Source: Cyanophora paradoxa CCMP329 (taxonomy: Eukaryota > Plantae > Glaucophyta). From it: a stretch of DNA of 64,000 nt. The stretch is taken from contig QPMI01000535.1 of assembly GCA_004431415.1 (NCBI GenBank), forward strand, positions 186,001 through 250,000. The letters run 5' to 3'. The notes beneath the pieces are model-generated. The model was not told the origin of the DNA. It worked only from the letters and a program-made list of their open reading frames with translations, and made no database searches. Both the position numbers and the translations under genes were made by a program. Each line of letters opens with the position of its first letter. Positions within the stretch are counted from its first letter, which is position 1. This document shows positions 1 to 12,960 of this stretch, piece by piece.

Positions 1-3000
1 CCTGGTGCCGCAGGACCAGAAGATCGACCGGCGCCTCATCCGCGTGCGCAACATCAACACGGTGCGCGTTCTCGTGTCGATTTCCGCGACCCTTGTTTCG
101 TGTTGGGCTCCTTCGACGCGACCGGCAGGTCCCCTTGGGCGTGTGGGCCGCTTGGGTCGTCGACTCCAAGTTCTTCAACATCCTCGTCAAGTGCGCTTCG
201 TGAACGTAGTTTTGCCTCGCCCGTTCGATGCAGTTTCCTTTACGTCCCTTATCTTCCTCACCGCTTTCTTCTCCTCGGCCTCCAGTGCCGCCATCATTCT
301 GAACTGCGTGATGATGGGGATCCAAAGCGAGCTGAAGGTCCGCCTTTGCAGCAGCGGTTGCTCACGCGGCCAGCAGTCTTGCCCAGCGGCTGCTCACGCG
401 CGGGCGCCGCAGGACGAGGACTACATGGCGGTGCGCGTGCTCAGCATGGTCGACTACCACCTCCTCATCCTCTTCGCCATCGAAATCTTCCTCAAGGCCC
501 GCCCCCACCCCGCCCCGCCCGCCGCGCGCCGCCCAGCCGACGCTCCCTGGCTCCTCGCAGTGGATCGACAACTTCGAGAAGTTCTGGCAGAGCGGCTGGA
601 ACATCTTCGTGCGCGCCTCGCCGCCGCCTTCACGCCGCCGCCGCCGCCGCCGCGCGCCTGACGGCGGTCGCAGGACTTCCTCGTGACGTTCCTCTCCATC
701 ATACCCGAGATCATCGTCGCCGCCTCCGGCCCCAGTGCGCCCCGCGCGCGCGCCCCGCAGGCGTTGCGCGTCTGTTGCGGTTGACCGCGCCGCAGCGCGC
801 GCCGGCGACAAGAACGTCATCACCATCGTCGCGCGGCAGGCTCGCACGCCCGCCCCATCTTCCAAGGTGTGGGCAGCTGACGGCCGCGCAGATCCGGACC
901 TTCCGAGTCTTCCGAACGTTCAAGGTCGTCACGCGGTTCCGGAACCTAAAGATCATCGTCAGAACGGTCCTCGACGCCTTCGGGGTACGTGACTCTCTGC
1001 GCGGCCCGAGTGTACCCCTCGCTTCGCCGACGTACCCCGCAGCAATTCGGGTACATCGCGCTGCTGATGATGCTGCTCTTCTACCTCTACGCGGTACCCC
1101 TCTTTGTCTCGTCCTCGCCCATACCCCTCCGACGCCGCGGTTCCCCCGCAGGTCTTCGGCGTGGCGTCCTTCTCGTCCTACTCGGAGTCGAACATCCCGG
1201 GGCTGAACTACCAGCACAAGTTCTCGTGCGCCGGGCCCGCCGTCTCTTCCGAGCGGACGGGCACCGGATGACGGGACCGGCAGCGATTTCGGGGCGGCAA
1301 TGTTGACGCTGTTCCAAATGCTTACCCTCGACCAGTGGTACAAGTGCGCGTTCTGTGTGCCCAGCTTTACGCCGATCGCCGCTGAGAACGCGGTGCGGTG
1401 GCCAGGATGTGCATGGAGATATCGAAGTACACTGTGGCGCCGATCACGATCGTCTACTTCATGACGTGGGTGTGGATCGGCGCGTTCATTTTCCGCAACA
1501 TCTTCATCGGTGTCATGGGTCCGCGCCGCCCCCGCCCGGCTGCGCCCGCGAGCGATCGCCGACGGGAGCGCAGTGCGGAACTTCCGGGCGATCAGCGCGG
1601 AGCTGGCGAAGCAGGCGAAGGACGAGGCGAAGAAGCGCAAGCTCGAGCGGATGCTGAAGAAGCTCAACCAGCGCTTCAGGAACCGCGACGGGGCGACGGC
1701 GCCGGGCGAGGGCCCGGCGCTCTCGGCGAACCTGCTCGAGGCGCTGAACAAGGGCGGGGACGCCGGGAGCCAGGCGGAGAGCCAGGTCGGCAGCCAGGCG
1801 GGGAGCCAGCGGCAGGCCGACGACGACGCGCCGGCCAGCGTCTCCGACGAGGCCAGCCGCCCCGCCGTTCTCGTGGCCGCGGCGGGGGCTGACCGGCGCT
1901 GGGGCGGGCGTGCGCAGGGCGGGAAGAAGCAGAAGCCGGAGTCGAAGAAGGGGGTCGGCTTCGCGGCGGCCGACGAGGTGGACGAGCCCCGCGCGAAGCT
2001 CGCCGGTGCGGCAGCGGCCACGCTCTCGCCCCTCCCCGCTCGCCGGCGCTGACACGGGCGGGCAGCGTGGGTTCGGAACCAGGAGCCCGGCCCGCCGCCG
2101 CCAATGACGGACCGGGCGGTCGCGGCGGAGCGGGAGGGGCTGGAGGGGGCCAAGGCGGCCATCGCCCAGCCGGGCAGCGGGGCGCTGAGCGTCGGGGCGG
2201 GGAGCGGGCCGGCGAGCGGCGCGCTGCAGTCGCTGGGGCCGGACGCGGAGAGCTTCCGCCCGAACCGGCGCGGCAGCGTCCAATTCGGAGCTTCGGCGTC
2301 GCCCGTGGCTGCTGTGAGCTCCGACCCGGCGCTGGGGACGCGGAAGCGGGGCGGGCTGAAGAAGACGGCGGCTGTGGGGGCGTCGGGCACGCCGGCGGGC
2401 GTGGAGTGGGGCCCGACGACGACAGCGGAGGCGAACCCGCCGACGCGGCGCGAGGAGGACGGGACGCCCGTCGAGGGCGGCCTCGCATCGTCGGCTGCGA
2501 TGGCGCCCGTGGCGGCGGCGGCGGCCGCGGCGGCCGCGGGGCCGTCGAGCAAGAGCCCCGAGGGCGACAAGAGCCCGGAGCCATCGCCGCCGGAGTCGAA
2601 GCGGGAGTCGCCGGTGCCGGACGGGCGGGCGAGCAAGGCGAGCTTCGCGAGCGCCGGCGAGGAGGGCAAGAAGAAGAAGTCGGCGCGCTTCGGGCCCGCC
2701 GAGGACGACCCGCCCCGCGCCTCCTCTCCGGTCCCCGCCAAGAAGGGCGTCAGCAGCATCCGGTCCGCCCTCGCCCCCCGGCCCCCGCCCCCGAGCGCCC
2801 AGTCCAGTTGGTTGACGCCCACGCAGCTTCTCGAACGCGGACGAGGAGGAGAAGAGGGACGAGGAGATTCCGGCGCCGGCTGCCGGCTCGGACGACGGCG
2901 CCGGGGCGGGCGCGGGCGGGTCGGACGAGGAGGGGAGCGTGGACCCCGCCGAGGCGATGCTCTCCAAGTGCGCTCCGCTGCGCGGCGGGGCCTAGACCGA

Positions 3001-3445
3001 GCTCCCGTGCTCAAGTCTCGCGCGCAGGCTGAACGCGGGGCGGGGGGCGGCGGAGGGCATCGACGCGTTCACGCACGAGCGGTGGGCGCGGGAGCAGGAC
3101 GACATCGCGGACGTGATCGCGACGGTCGCCGCGTACAAGAAGGAGACCCTGTGGCCTCGGTGCGCCGGGGCGGGGGCGGGGGCGGGGGCGGGGGGCGGGG
3201 CTGAGGGGGCGGGGCTGAGGGGGCGGGGCGGGGCGGGGGCAGGGACACGCTGTTCGCGTACCTGCAGTCGATGGAGGGGCTGATGGAGGTCATCCGCGAG
3301 CACGAGGAGCTCATGCAGCTCGCCTGTGCGCCCCCGCGCCCCCCGCCCCGCCCCGCCCCGCCCCGCTCGGAAAGGCATTCACCCGCGCCGCTCACCGACC
3401 CGCCCCGCAGCGATGGCGCTTGTCGGGCTCCACGACACGGACTAG
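1..3445 (+). CDS. CATSPER2: CatSper-family 6TM cation channel alpha subunit, CATSPER2-like, copy 1 (5' end outside window; multi-exon)
   Basis: Spliced exons give S1-S3 (AIILNCVMMGIQSEL; YHLLILFAIEIFLK-WIDNFEKFWQSGWNIF-DFLVTFLSIIPE), S4 RQIRTFRVFRTFKVVTRFRNLK, S5 FGYIALLMMLLFYLYAVFG, pore FQMLTLDQWYK and S6 YFMTWVWIGAFIFRNIFIGVMVRNF. The C-terminal WPRDTLFAYLQSMEGLMEVIREHEELMQLA resembles the CATSPER2 WPRDSLFRYFELLEKL motif as recalled. Stop TAG at 3443-3445. Confidence 0.88.
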
Positions 3446-4367
3446 CCTCTTGCTGTCCCTTCGTACTCCTTTCGTATGTTTCTCTAGATAGCTTCCTTTC
3501 GCATGTGTTCCTGCGAGTCGCTTCAGCATCGTTTTCTGTTTTCGGGGGGGAGGGTCCTTTCAGTGCGCCTGTGCTGTCTGTAACTACGCAAGTATGCTGC
3601 GTGCCGTGTGGCACCGCATATATGCATGATTCTTGTATTAGTTGTTTATAATAAGTAAACAGTGCGGTAGCATGTCGTAGGACATGACAGGCAAGCGCGC
3701 GCGCTCGTCGAGCAATTGCAAACGTCGGAGTGCTCGAGGCCACTATACTATGATAGGCCTGAGCCCTTGCCAGTTGGCGACGAGGTCTTGATCATGAATA
3801 AGATCAGCCTGCGCATGCGCATGCGCAGCTGGCATGCGGAGCGCCGGCGCCGCGACCACACGCGCCAGGCGATGGGGTACTCTGTTTTGAAACCTGCTGC
3901 GTACCCCGCTCGGGCGCAAACGAGCTTTGATCCGCAGGCTCACCGGCCCTGGATTCCCCGCAGGCTCTCGCAGGCTAGCGGCGTCCCAGCAACTTTGGTG
4001 AGCCAAGTTCAGCAACGAGCTCTCCCTCCGGGGCGGCGCTAGGCCGCCGCTAGCTATCGATTGAATTGATTCAGTCGGCCGCGGCACCGCCGGGTGCGCG
4101 GCGCGGATCGGAGGCCGCGCATCGCCTTTGCGCTCTTTAGCTTTATCTGTAGCTAAGTCATCGCAGCAACGCCCTAGCTACGTGGTGCAGCGGCCCAGGC
4201 CCCAGGACTACGTGGTGCAGCGGCCCAGGACGGTCTCGGCGGCAACGCACTGACAGCCCGAGCAATCCGCAGCCCCAGGGCCTCTCGGGTCTAGAGCAGC
4301 ATTTCGTATCAGCTGCTCGCACGCTCAGACTTCAGCATCGGAGGCGCAGTCTGTTGTCGACATCAAA

Positions 4368-5661
4368 ATGGGCTCCAGCTGCTCCCGGGCGCCCCGCGTG
4401 GGAGCGGATGATGCGTACAGAGCGCCTGCGATTCCGGAAGCGCCCGCCAAGGCGCCGCCCTCGCCCCCGCCGCCCGTTGCGTCGATCGGCGCGAGCCCGA
4501 CGGCCCCGACCGCCGCGGCACCCGCGATCCTGCCCGTGGCGACGCCGGCGACGCCATCTCATCAGAAGCCGCCGACAGCGCCCTCGCCCAAGCCGCCCTC
4601 GCACCCCTCCCCAAAGCCGCCTGTGAAGCGGACGCCGTCGATGCAGCAGCGGACGCCGTCGATGCGGCGGCGCGCGGGGACGGCGCGCTCGGGCGACGGC
4701 AACTCGACGGGCCAGTCGGAGAGCGAGTACGAGGCGGAGGAGGCGAGCCTGGTCCCCTCGGAGCTCATCGGCGCCGCCCCGGGCCTCTACACCCTCGCCT
4801 CGGGCCGCTGGCGCGTCTCCCGCCGCGGCAGCGTCCCCCGGCGCGTCAAGGACGTCCGGGGCATCGCCGATCTCGCGCAGGGCCTCGCCAACGGCTCGTT
4901 CTCGATACCCCGGCCCGCCATGGAGGACGGGTCCTTCCGCTCGGCCGGGCGCTCCCCCCACTCCAGCCTGCGCCGCCCGGGCGGCTCCGGCTCCCAGCGC
5001 CGCCGCAACGGATCCTCCAAGGTGCCCCCACCCGCACTCTTCCACTCACTTTGTCCTACCCCCCTCTCATTATCGAACTGCATTCCCCCCTCGCGGAGCA
5101 GAAGAACACAATGCTGAAGGACCTGGCTGCGTTCGCTTACGTCTCCGGCTCGGAGATGGAGAACACGGGGGGTGAGACTGACGTCGAGTACAACGGTTGC
5201 GCCGTACCCGTCCGCCGCCCGCGCGCGTCGTGCCTGGAAATGACGTACCCGGGGGCGGTGCAGCCGGAGGGGGGGCGACCCACGGAGACGGGACGGAGGA
5301 GGAGGCACTCGCGGCGGCGCCGGGCCCTGCCGAGGGCATGGCTCCCCTCCCACGGGTCCGCCGCCGCCGCCGCCTCGCCCCGCCCCGCCCCGCCCCGCCC
5401 CGCCCCGTCCGCCGGCTCTACGGGAAGTCCTAGCGCCCTTCAGGGGAGCCCAGCGGAGGCCCTGTCAGATCGTTGGGAGATTAACAGTGGGAAGCAGCAT
5501 CTGCGCTTGCGCTGTCTGACATAAGAGGCGCTTCCTGCGGGCAGGCGTGCGCGGCGGAGGAGCTGGAGGTGGGGGAGGAGTCGCGGGCGGCGCCGCTCCT
5601 CGCCCACGACGACCGCTTCTGCTACATCGCCGAGACCGGCGCCTGGCGCCGCCTCCGATAG
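4368..5661 (+). CDS. Orphan Pro/Ser-rich protein with N-terminal MGSSCS dual-acylation-like motif (about 4 exons)
   Basis: The ORF from ATG 4368 continues through GT-AG introns (about 5022-5101, 5196-5263 and 5355-5544) to ...HDDRFCYIAETGAWRRLR* at 5659-5661. No recognisable domain. Confidence 0.55.
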
Positions 5662-6385
5662 GCCTAGCTAGGCCCTGGGCCGATCGGAGGCGCACGCACG
5701 CACGTACGTGCGCCAGGGGGCCTAGGCCTAGGCCTCAACACCTGCCGTCGTCGCGCGTGTTGTTCTCGCAGTTAGTGCTCTAGCTAGTGCTAGTATCGTT
5801 ATAATGGTCGGTACGGTGCGCGTCCGCGCGTGAGGCACGCCGACTCAGCCACGTGCACACTAGATAACTAGTCTGTAGTATATATCGATTCTAGATCTAG
5901 TACTAGATTGAAGTAGATCATTGACTAGTACTGCTTCTACGCAGCCTTGCTTAAGCTTCGGATTGCATGAATATTAGTATTGAATATTTAATTGCGCATG
6001 CAATTGCAATTGCAACTACCTCGTCCGTCGTACAGAATCTTAGCCTGCAAGCATATACTACAGCAACATGCAGTCATCTTCAAGACTGCTAATTATATAT
6101 AATTATAGCCAGCACCTTGGGTGCGCACTAGGAAAAATTAGCTAGAGAACGGCTACGCGCGACGCGCAAGCCGGACTAAACTGAAAAGCTCAGCTGCGAA
6201 TGGAAGCAAAAAGGGACCCCTCGATCCCCAAACGGGAAAGCATGAAGCGGAAAGGAAACACAGTGCGGAGAAGGGAAGGGGGCATGCGGAACAGTGAGTA
6301 GGGGGCGGGTGGGGCGGTGTGCGGGAGGGGAGCACGACCCGCCGGGAGCTGGGGAAAGGCAAAAGGCGGCGGGGCCGGCCCTGGG

Positions 6386-7357
6386 CTAGTAGAAGACAGC
6401 TCCGTCCTGCAGGGTCCGACCGGCCGGTCGCGGCCGCGCGACCCGCGCCGGCCCGCGCGTGCGGGGCCGCCGCCGCCGCCGCCCACGCCCCCGCCGGCGT
6501 CGCCGGCCTCCTCCCCTCCCTCCTCCTCGTCCTCCACGCCGGGGGCGAATGGCTCTCCGTCGGAGAACGAGACGCGGCGGCCGCCGAGGGACTCGCCGTC
6601 CGACGAGGACGATATGGACGCCCTCCTCACGCGGTCCGAGGGCGGGACGCGGAGAGAGGACCCCCGCTGCTGCTGAGGCGGCTGCGGCTGAAGCTGCGGC
6701 TGCGGCGGGGGCGAAGCGGCTGGCGCCGAGCGGGGGGCGGGGCGGGGCGGGGGCGGGACGAGGTCGGGGCCGCCTCGTCCTCCTCCGTGGGAGGCTTCTC
6801 GGCGCCCTTCTCGTCCTCGTCCTCATCCGAGTCGCCGCCCGCGACCAGCGGCGCGACGCGGGCCCGCGGTGGCCGCGCCAGGACGCCCGCGGCTCGGGCG
6901 TCGCCGGCTGCGAGGCCGAGGCCGCCCCGCGGCCGCGGCGGAGGGCTCTGGAGGACGAAGGCGCGCTCGACGGCGCAGGGCCTCTTCGGGGACGGGGAAG
7001 GGGGTGGAAGGCGGCCTGTGCTTCCTGCGCGGGCGCTCGCTCGGGCGGCGGCGCAGCGGAGCGGCGCGAAGCGAAGCGGGCGCACCCGAACGAGACGCGG
7101 AGCCGCTTGAGGAGCGCCAGCGGGGAGAGCTTGGACTTGGGGCGGGATCCCGCGGAGCCGGCGCCCGCCCCGTCCGCCGCCGCCGGCGACGCCGCCGACG
7201 CGTCCGAAGAGGATCGAGCTCCGCCAGAGCCCCTCGCCTCCACGTCCACGACTGCTCGGGTCTCAGCACGCGTCCCCTTCGAACCCAGCCGACAGGGCGG
7301 GGGCGGCGAACCGAGCGGCGCAGCAAGCGCGCCAGACGATCTGGACAGTCTTCGCAT
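6386..7357 (-). CDS. Orphan low-complexity Ser/Arg/acidic protein (multi-exon)
   Basis: ATG at 7357 (MRRLSRSSG...), exon-like segments GGDSDEDEDEKGAEKPPTEEDE and RRASISSSSDGESLGGRRVSFSDGE, and last exon cag|DGAVFY*. The exon chain is not fully resolved. Confidence 0.4.
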   Translation of the reverse strand: MRRLSRSSGALAAPLGSPPPPCRLGSKGTRAETRAVVDVEARGSGGARSSSDASAASPAAADGAGAGSAGSRPKSKLSPLALLKRLRVSFGCARFASRRSAAPPPERAPAQEAQAAFHPLPRPRRGPAPSSAPSSSRALRRGRGAASASQPATPEPRASWRGHRGPASRRWSRAATRMRTRTRRAPRSLPRRRTRRPRPRPAPAPPRPPLGASRFAPAAAAASAAAASAAAGVLSPRPALGPREEGVHIVLVGRRVPRRPPRLVLRRRAIRPRRGGRGGGRGGGRRRRRGRGRRRRRPRTRGPARVARPRPAGRTLQDGAVFY

Positions 7358-8008
7358 GGCGAATGTGTCGCTGTCTGTAACCGCGGTGCTGATTGCGAAG
7401 GCCGTGCGTAATCGACAGGCCGCACAGGGCGATCCCCCGTCGACAGGAAATCTTAGACACACTTGGGCAACTGCTGGAACTTCAAGATTGCTCCATGCCG
7501 CCCTGCCAGCTGCTCCAACGCTCAGATCTAGACATGACTAGCTCCAACCGCCGACGTCGATCGACGCCCGCCGAGCGGCAGTCAGTTCCTCGGCCGTTCT
7601 ATAGCTCGACAGGCTGCGCTATCGAAGCTTCCTGCGATCACAAGCTAGCTCTAACAACTAAGGACATCTCGGCGATTCCGAAGTTCGACGCCACCCGCCA
7701 TGCAGCGCCCGGTCCACGCTTCTGGCTCCGAATGACGAAGCTTTGCAATTTGCTCGAAGTCTCAATAGCCAAGAAGCACAAGTACCCCCAAGGTCGGGGG
7801 GGGGGGGTAAAGTCGATGCAAGCGCTAGTACAAGTACTAGTAGTCCACGCTGCCTGCTTAAGCTTACTCTACTTCAAAGCTTAATCTAATATTAATGGAT
7901 CGCCGTGCACACTGTGGGACGCATCGCTCACGAAATGCAAGCACTACGTCTATACGAAAACGACGTCGTCGACCGCAAAAGCTGACTAACTGGGCTCACC
8001 ACGGCACG

Positions 8009-11000
8009 TCACTCGGAGTCGTGGAGCCCGACAAGCGCCATCGCTGCGGGGCGGGGCGGTGATCATGAGCGGCGCCGTGGATGCCTTTCCGAGCGGGGCG
8101 GGGCGGGGCGAGGTGGGGGGCGCGGGGGCGCACAGGCGAGCTGCATGAGCTCCTCGTGCTCGCGGATGACCTCCATCAGCCCCTCCATCGACTGCAGGTA
8201 CGCGAACAGCGTGTCCCTGCCCCCGCCCCGCCCCCTCAGCCCCGCCCCCGCCCCCGCCCCCGCCCCCGCCCCGCGCACCGGGGCCACAGGGTCTCCTTCT
8301 TGTACGCGGCGACCGTGGCGATCACGTCCGCGATGTCGTCCTGCTCCCGCGCCCACCGCTCGTGCGTGAACGCGTCGATGCCCTCCGCCGCCCCCCGCCC
8401 CGCGTTCAGCCTGCGCGCGAGACTTGAGCACGGGAGCCTCGGAGCTCGGTCTAGGCCCCGCTTCGCGTTGGTGCGCACTTGGAGAGCATCGCCTCGGCGG
8501 GGTCCACGCTCCCCTCCTCGTCCGACCCGCCCGCGCCCGCCCCGGCGCCGTCGTCCGAGCCGGCAGCCGGCGCCGGAATCTCCTCGTCCCTCTTCTCCTC
8601 CTCGTCCGCGTTCGAGAAGCTGCCGGCACGTGAGCCGCGGCAAGGCGCCGGCGCCGGGCGCTCGGGGGTGGGGGGCGGGGGCGGACCGGATGCTGCTGAC
8701 GCCCTTCTTGGCGGGGACCGGAGAGGAGGCGCGGGGCGGGTCGTCCTCGGCCGGCCCGAAGCGCGCCGACTTCTTCTTCTTGCCCTCCTCGCCGGCGCTC
8801 GCGAAGCTCGCCTTGCTCGCCCGCCCGTCCGGCACCGGCGACTCCCGGTTCGACTCCGGTGGCGACGGCTCCGGGCTCTTGTCGCCCTCGGGGCTCTTGC
8901 TCGACGGCCCCGCGGCCGCGGCCGCCGCCAGCGCCACGGGAGCCATCGCAGCCGACGATGCGGGGCCGCCTTCGACGGGCGTCTCCTCCTCCTCGCGCCG
9001 CGTCGGCGGGTTCGCCTCCGCTGTCGTCGTCGGGCCCCACTCCACGCCTGTCGGCGTGCCCGACGCCCCCGCAGCCGCCGTCTTCTTCAGCCCGCCCCGC
9101 TTCCGCGTCCCCAGCGCCGGGTCGGAGCTCACAGCCACCGTTGTCGTCCCGAACTGAACGCTGCCGCGCCGGTTCGGGCGGAAGCTCTCCGCGTCCGGCC
9201 CCAGCGATCGCAGCGCGCCGCTCGCCGGCCCGCTCCCCGCCCCGACGCTCAGCGCCCCGCTGCCCGGCTGGGCGATGGCCGCCTTGGCCCCCTCCAGCCC
9301 CTCCCGCTCCGCCGCGACCGCCCGGTCCGTCATCGGCGGCGGCGGGCCGGGTTCCTGGTTCCGAACCCACGCTGCCTGCCTGTGTCAGCGCTGGCGAGCG
9401 GGGAGGGGCGAGAGCGTGGCCGCTGCCGCACCGGCGAGCTTCGCGCGGGGCTCGTCCACCTCGTCGGCCGCCGCGAAGCCGACCCCCTTCTTCGACTCCG
9501 GCTTCTGCTTCTTCCCGCCCTGCGCACGCCCGCCGCAGCGCCGGTCAGCCCCGGCCGCGGCCACGAGAACGGCGGGCGGCTCGCCTCGTCGGAGACGCTG
9601 GCCGGCGCGTCGTCGTCGGCCTGCCGCTGGCTCCCCGCCTGGCTGCCGACCTGGCTCTCCGCCTGGCTCCCGGCGTCCCCGCCCTTGTTCAGCGCCTCGA
9701 GCAGGTTCGCCGAGAGCGCCGGGCCCTCGCCCGGCGCCGTCGCCCCGTCGCGGTTCCTGAAGCGCTGGTTGAGCTTCTTCAGCATCCGCTCGAGCTTGCG
9801 CTTCTTCGCCTCGTCCTTCGCCTGCTTCGCCAGCTCCGCGCTGATCGCCCGGAAGTTCCGCACTGCGCTCCCGTCGGCGATCGCTCGCGGGCGCAGCCGG
9901 TCGGGGGCGGCGCGGACCCATGACACCGATGAAGATGTTGCGGAAAATGAACGCGCCGATCCACACCCACGTCATGAAGTAGACGATCGTGATCGGCGCC
10001 ACAGTGTACTTCGATATCTCCATGCACATCCTGGCCACCGCATCGCGTTTTCAGCGGCGATCGGCGTAAAGCTGGGCACACAGAACGCGCACTTGTACCA
10101 CTGGTCGAGGGTCAGCAGCTGGAACAGCGTCAGCATTGCCGTGCCAAAGTTGCTGCGGGTTCCGTCATCCGGTGCCCGTCCGCCCGGAAGAGACGGAGGG
10201 CCCGGCGCACGAGAATTTGTGCTGGTAGTTCAGCCCCGGGATGTTCGACTCCGAGTAGGACGAGAAGGACGCCACGCCGAAGACCTGCGGGGGAACCACG
10301 GCGTCGGACGGGTACGGGCGCGGACGGCAGAGTCGGAGGGGTACCGCGTAGAGGTAGAAGAGCAGCATCATCAGCAGCGCGATGTACCCGAATTGCTGCG
10401 GGGTACGTCGGCGAAGCGAGCGCACTGTACGGCGCAGGGATTCCCGTACCCCGAACGCATCGAGGATTGTTTTGATGATGACGCGCAAGTTCCGGAACCG
10501 CGTGACGACCTTGAACGTTCGGAAGACTCGGAAGGTCCGGATCTGCGCGGCCGTCAGCCGTCCACGCCTTTGAAGATTGGGAGGGCGTGCGAGCCTGCCG
10601 CGCGACGATGGTGATGACGTTCTTGTCGCCGGCGCGCGCTGCGACGCGGTCAACCGCAACAGACGCGCAACGCCTGCGGGGCGCGCGCGCGGGGCGCACT
10701 GGGGCCGGAGGCGGCGACGATGATCTCGGGTATAATGGAGAGGAACGTGACGAGGAAGTCCTGCGGCCGCCGTCAGGCGCGCGGCGGCGGCGGCGGCGGC
10801 GTGAAGGCGGCGGCGAGGCGCGCACGAAGATGTTCCAGCCGCTCTGCCAGAATCGCTCGAAGTTGTCGATCCACTGCGAGGAGCCAGGGAGCGTCGGCTG
10901 GGCGGCGCGCGGCGGGCGGGGCGGGGTGGGGGCGGGCCTTGAGGAAGATTTCGATGGCGAAGAGGATGAGGAGGTGGTAGTCGACCATGCTGAGCACGCG

Positions 11001-12538
11001 CACCGCCATGTAGTCCTCGTCCTGCGGCGCCCGCGCGTGAGCAGCCGCTGGGCAAGACTGCTGGCCGCGTGAGCAACCGCTGCTGCAAAGGCGGACCTTC
11101 AGCTCGGTCTGGATCCCCATCATGATACAGTTGATCAGAATCGCAGTGCTGCGAATAGGATTTGATGAGTATCTTGACGGATCGACTCGGATCGACGTCG
11201 ATGAACGCACTTGATAACATAGGTGAAGAACGTCGAATCCACAATCCACGCGGCCCAGACCCCGACGGGGAGCTGTGGCCGTAGGTCATGTGAGCAGAAA
11301 GTGGAATGCGAAACACACGTCGCGCAAATTGCAGACACGAGAACGCGCACCGTGTTGATGTTGCGCACGCGGATGAGGCGTCGGTCGATCTTCTGGTCCT
11401 GCGGCGCGCGGCGCGTTAACGTTGCAGCGGCGCGGCGCAGGCCGGCGGCGGGGCGATTGCTGACCTTGTCTGCAGCCGAGCGCTTGAAGATCTTGAAGCG
11501 GACGAGCTGCGTCGGCTTCTCGAACAGCACCTTCGTCATCAGCTTCTCGTCTGCCGCGCGCGTCGACAGCGGCGGCGCGGCGGCGCGCGGCGCGCGGCGG
11601 CGGCGGCGGCGGCGGACCGCGGACGACCTCCGTGGAGGAGTACTGGGGCGCGTTCTCGCTGTTCTCCTCCAGGATCTCGTCCTTCAGGCGGAACTCCTCA
11701 ATGATCTTCTCCCTGCGCCGCCGCCGTCAGCGGCCGTGCTCCAGCACGGGTGTCCACGGGGACGTGGCACGTAGCTGCGTACCGGAAGACAGCGGCGCGG
11801 CTCGAGAGGTCGCGGAAGACCTCCTGCCTGAGCACGTCGCCCTTGGCGGACGGCTCCGGCTTCGGCGTGTGCGCGTAGACTGTGGGCGGCGGCGCAGCCC
11901 CGAAGATGGACGCGATGTCCACTGCATGCGGATCGGCAGATGCCCCTGGGGTTACGGGACAACGGGAAGCGCACCTCCGACACTGGACTCCGAGTTCATT
12001 ACGGCCAGCACGGGGGCGACGCGGCCGGTGCTCTCCTTGTGCTTAGCAAGGACTGTATCCTATCGTAGCGCGTTAGCTAGCGCTTGATAAGGGAAGCCGG
12101 CGCCAATCGAAGCCCAGGGCGCGGTGCGCATGGAGGGGGCGGCACCGAGAAGGTCGGAAGCGGCGGCCCGAGCGTGTGCATGCGGTCCAAAACGACCCCC
12201 GCAGGCCGAGGCACCGCGCCTCCAGCTGACGAACCGGGCACCCTTGCCGTCCCCTGTCCATGGTCGTCATCGCCTTTCGTGCGCGAGAACAAGCCATGCA
12301 GCTTCTTGGACGCTTGGGCGAAGAACCCGTCGTCAGTGCGCGACGGCCGGCGCCCCGGCGAGGTTGCCGACAGGCCGGCAGTGGAAGGACGCCTCGTCTC
12401 GACCTCATCGCCCCGCGCGCTGAGCTGACGGCTGCTGGGGCGAACGACCTGCAACGGTGCAACCAGAGGCGTTCTGCTGGCCGGCTGTGCGTCGCGGCGC
12501 CGCCGGGACGACAGCGGTCCGCCGCGCGAGCTCGACAT
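8009..12538 (-). CDS. CATSPER2: CATSPER2-like channel alpha subunit, copy 2 (full length, multi-exon)
   Basis: Same exon chain as copy 1 plus N-terminal exons (MSSSRGG...; EVFRDLSSRAAVFR; IIEEFRLKDEILEENSENAPQYSSTEV; ADEKLMTKVLFEKPTQLVRFKIFKR). Pore FQLLTLDQWYK; ends ALVGLHDSE* at 8009. Confidence 0.87.
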
Positions 12539-12960
12539 TTGCCAGTGCTTCAGGGTATCTCGGGTGCAAGCACGCCTCTAGAGGACACTCCTGAACCGCG
12601 AAGAGATAGCTAGCGCCATAGGCAAGTACAGAGGCTCATGATGCGTCCGTGCCCAGCCCTGGTGCCAAACAGTATGGCCGTGCTGCGACGCTGAATGGCA
12701 GCGGACGCTGGTAGAGGATAGCGACCGCTCTCTGGTTGGCCTCTCTTCGATTTGGGAGCAGAATTGGTATACGTGCGTGCGAACGCAGCGTCCTGTACCC
12801 AGACGCTACGCCCTGAAGTTGGGCGGCGCCTGTGCGTCTGACGTGCGCCAGGCATAATTCATGCATGACCCCTGCATCTATCTGAACTAGACGTAGTAAT
12901 CTACCTGTAGCTACCTATAGCTACTACTTCCTACGCTCGCCCAACACGTTCACGTCACTG

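Noticed and set aside
1845-1920. Apparent frameshift between CatSper copies after ASVSDE
   Set aside because: The indel lies inside a GC-AG intron (donor 1852), so the copies are not pseudogenes on this evidence.
711-3014. Long 767-aa minus-strand ORF, and similar 400-700 aa ORFs at 8479-10614, 13446-14897 and 27616-29127
   Set aside because: These are antisense or off-frame shadows of real GC-rich genes. They are Arg/Pro/Ala-rich with no domain signal, and stop codons are rare at this GC content.
3716-4087. ORFs of 108-114 aa on both strands
   Set aside because: No recognisable motif, atypical codon usage and no intron structure.
4178-4229. 22-bp direct repeat ctacgtggtgcagcggcccagg as a transposon footprint
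   Set aside because: Only two adjacent copies, with no element between them and no terminal repeats; a simple local duplication explains it.
12077-12538. Separate small gene upstream of each CatSper copy (also 17088-17564 and 22209-22865)
   Set aside because: Splice sites link it to the DIASIFGAAPPP exon, so it is better read as the channel's N-terminal exons.
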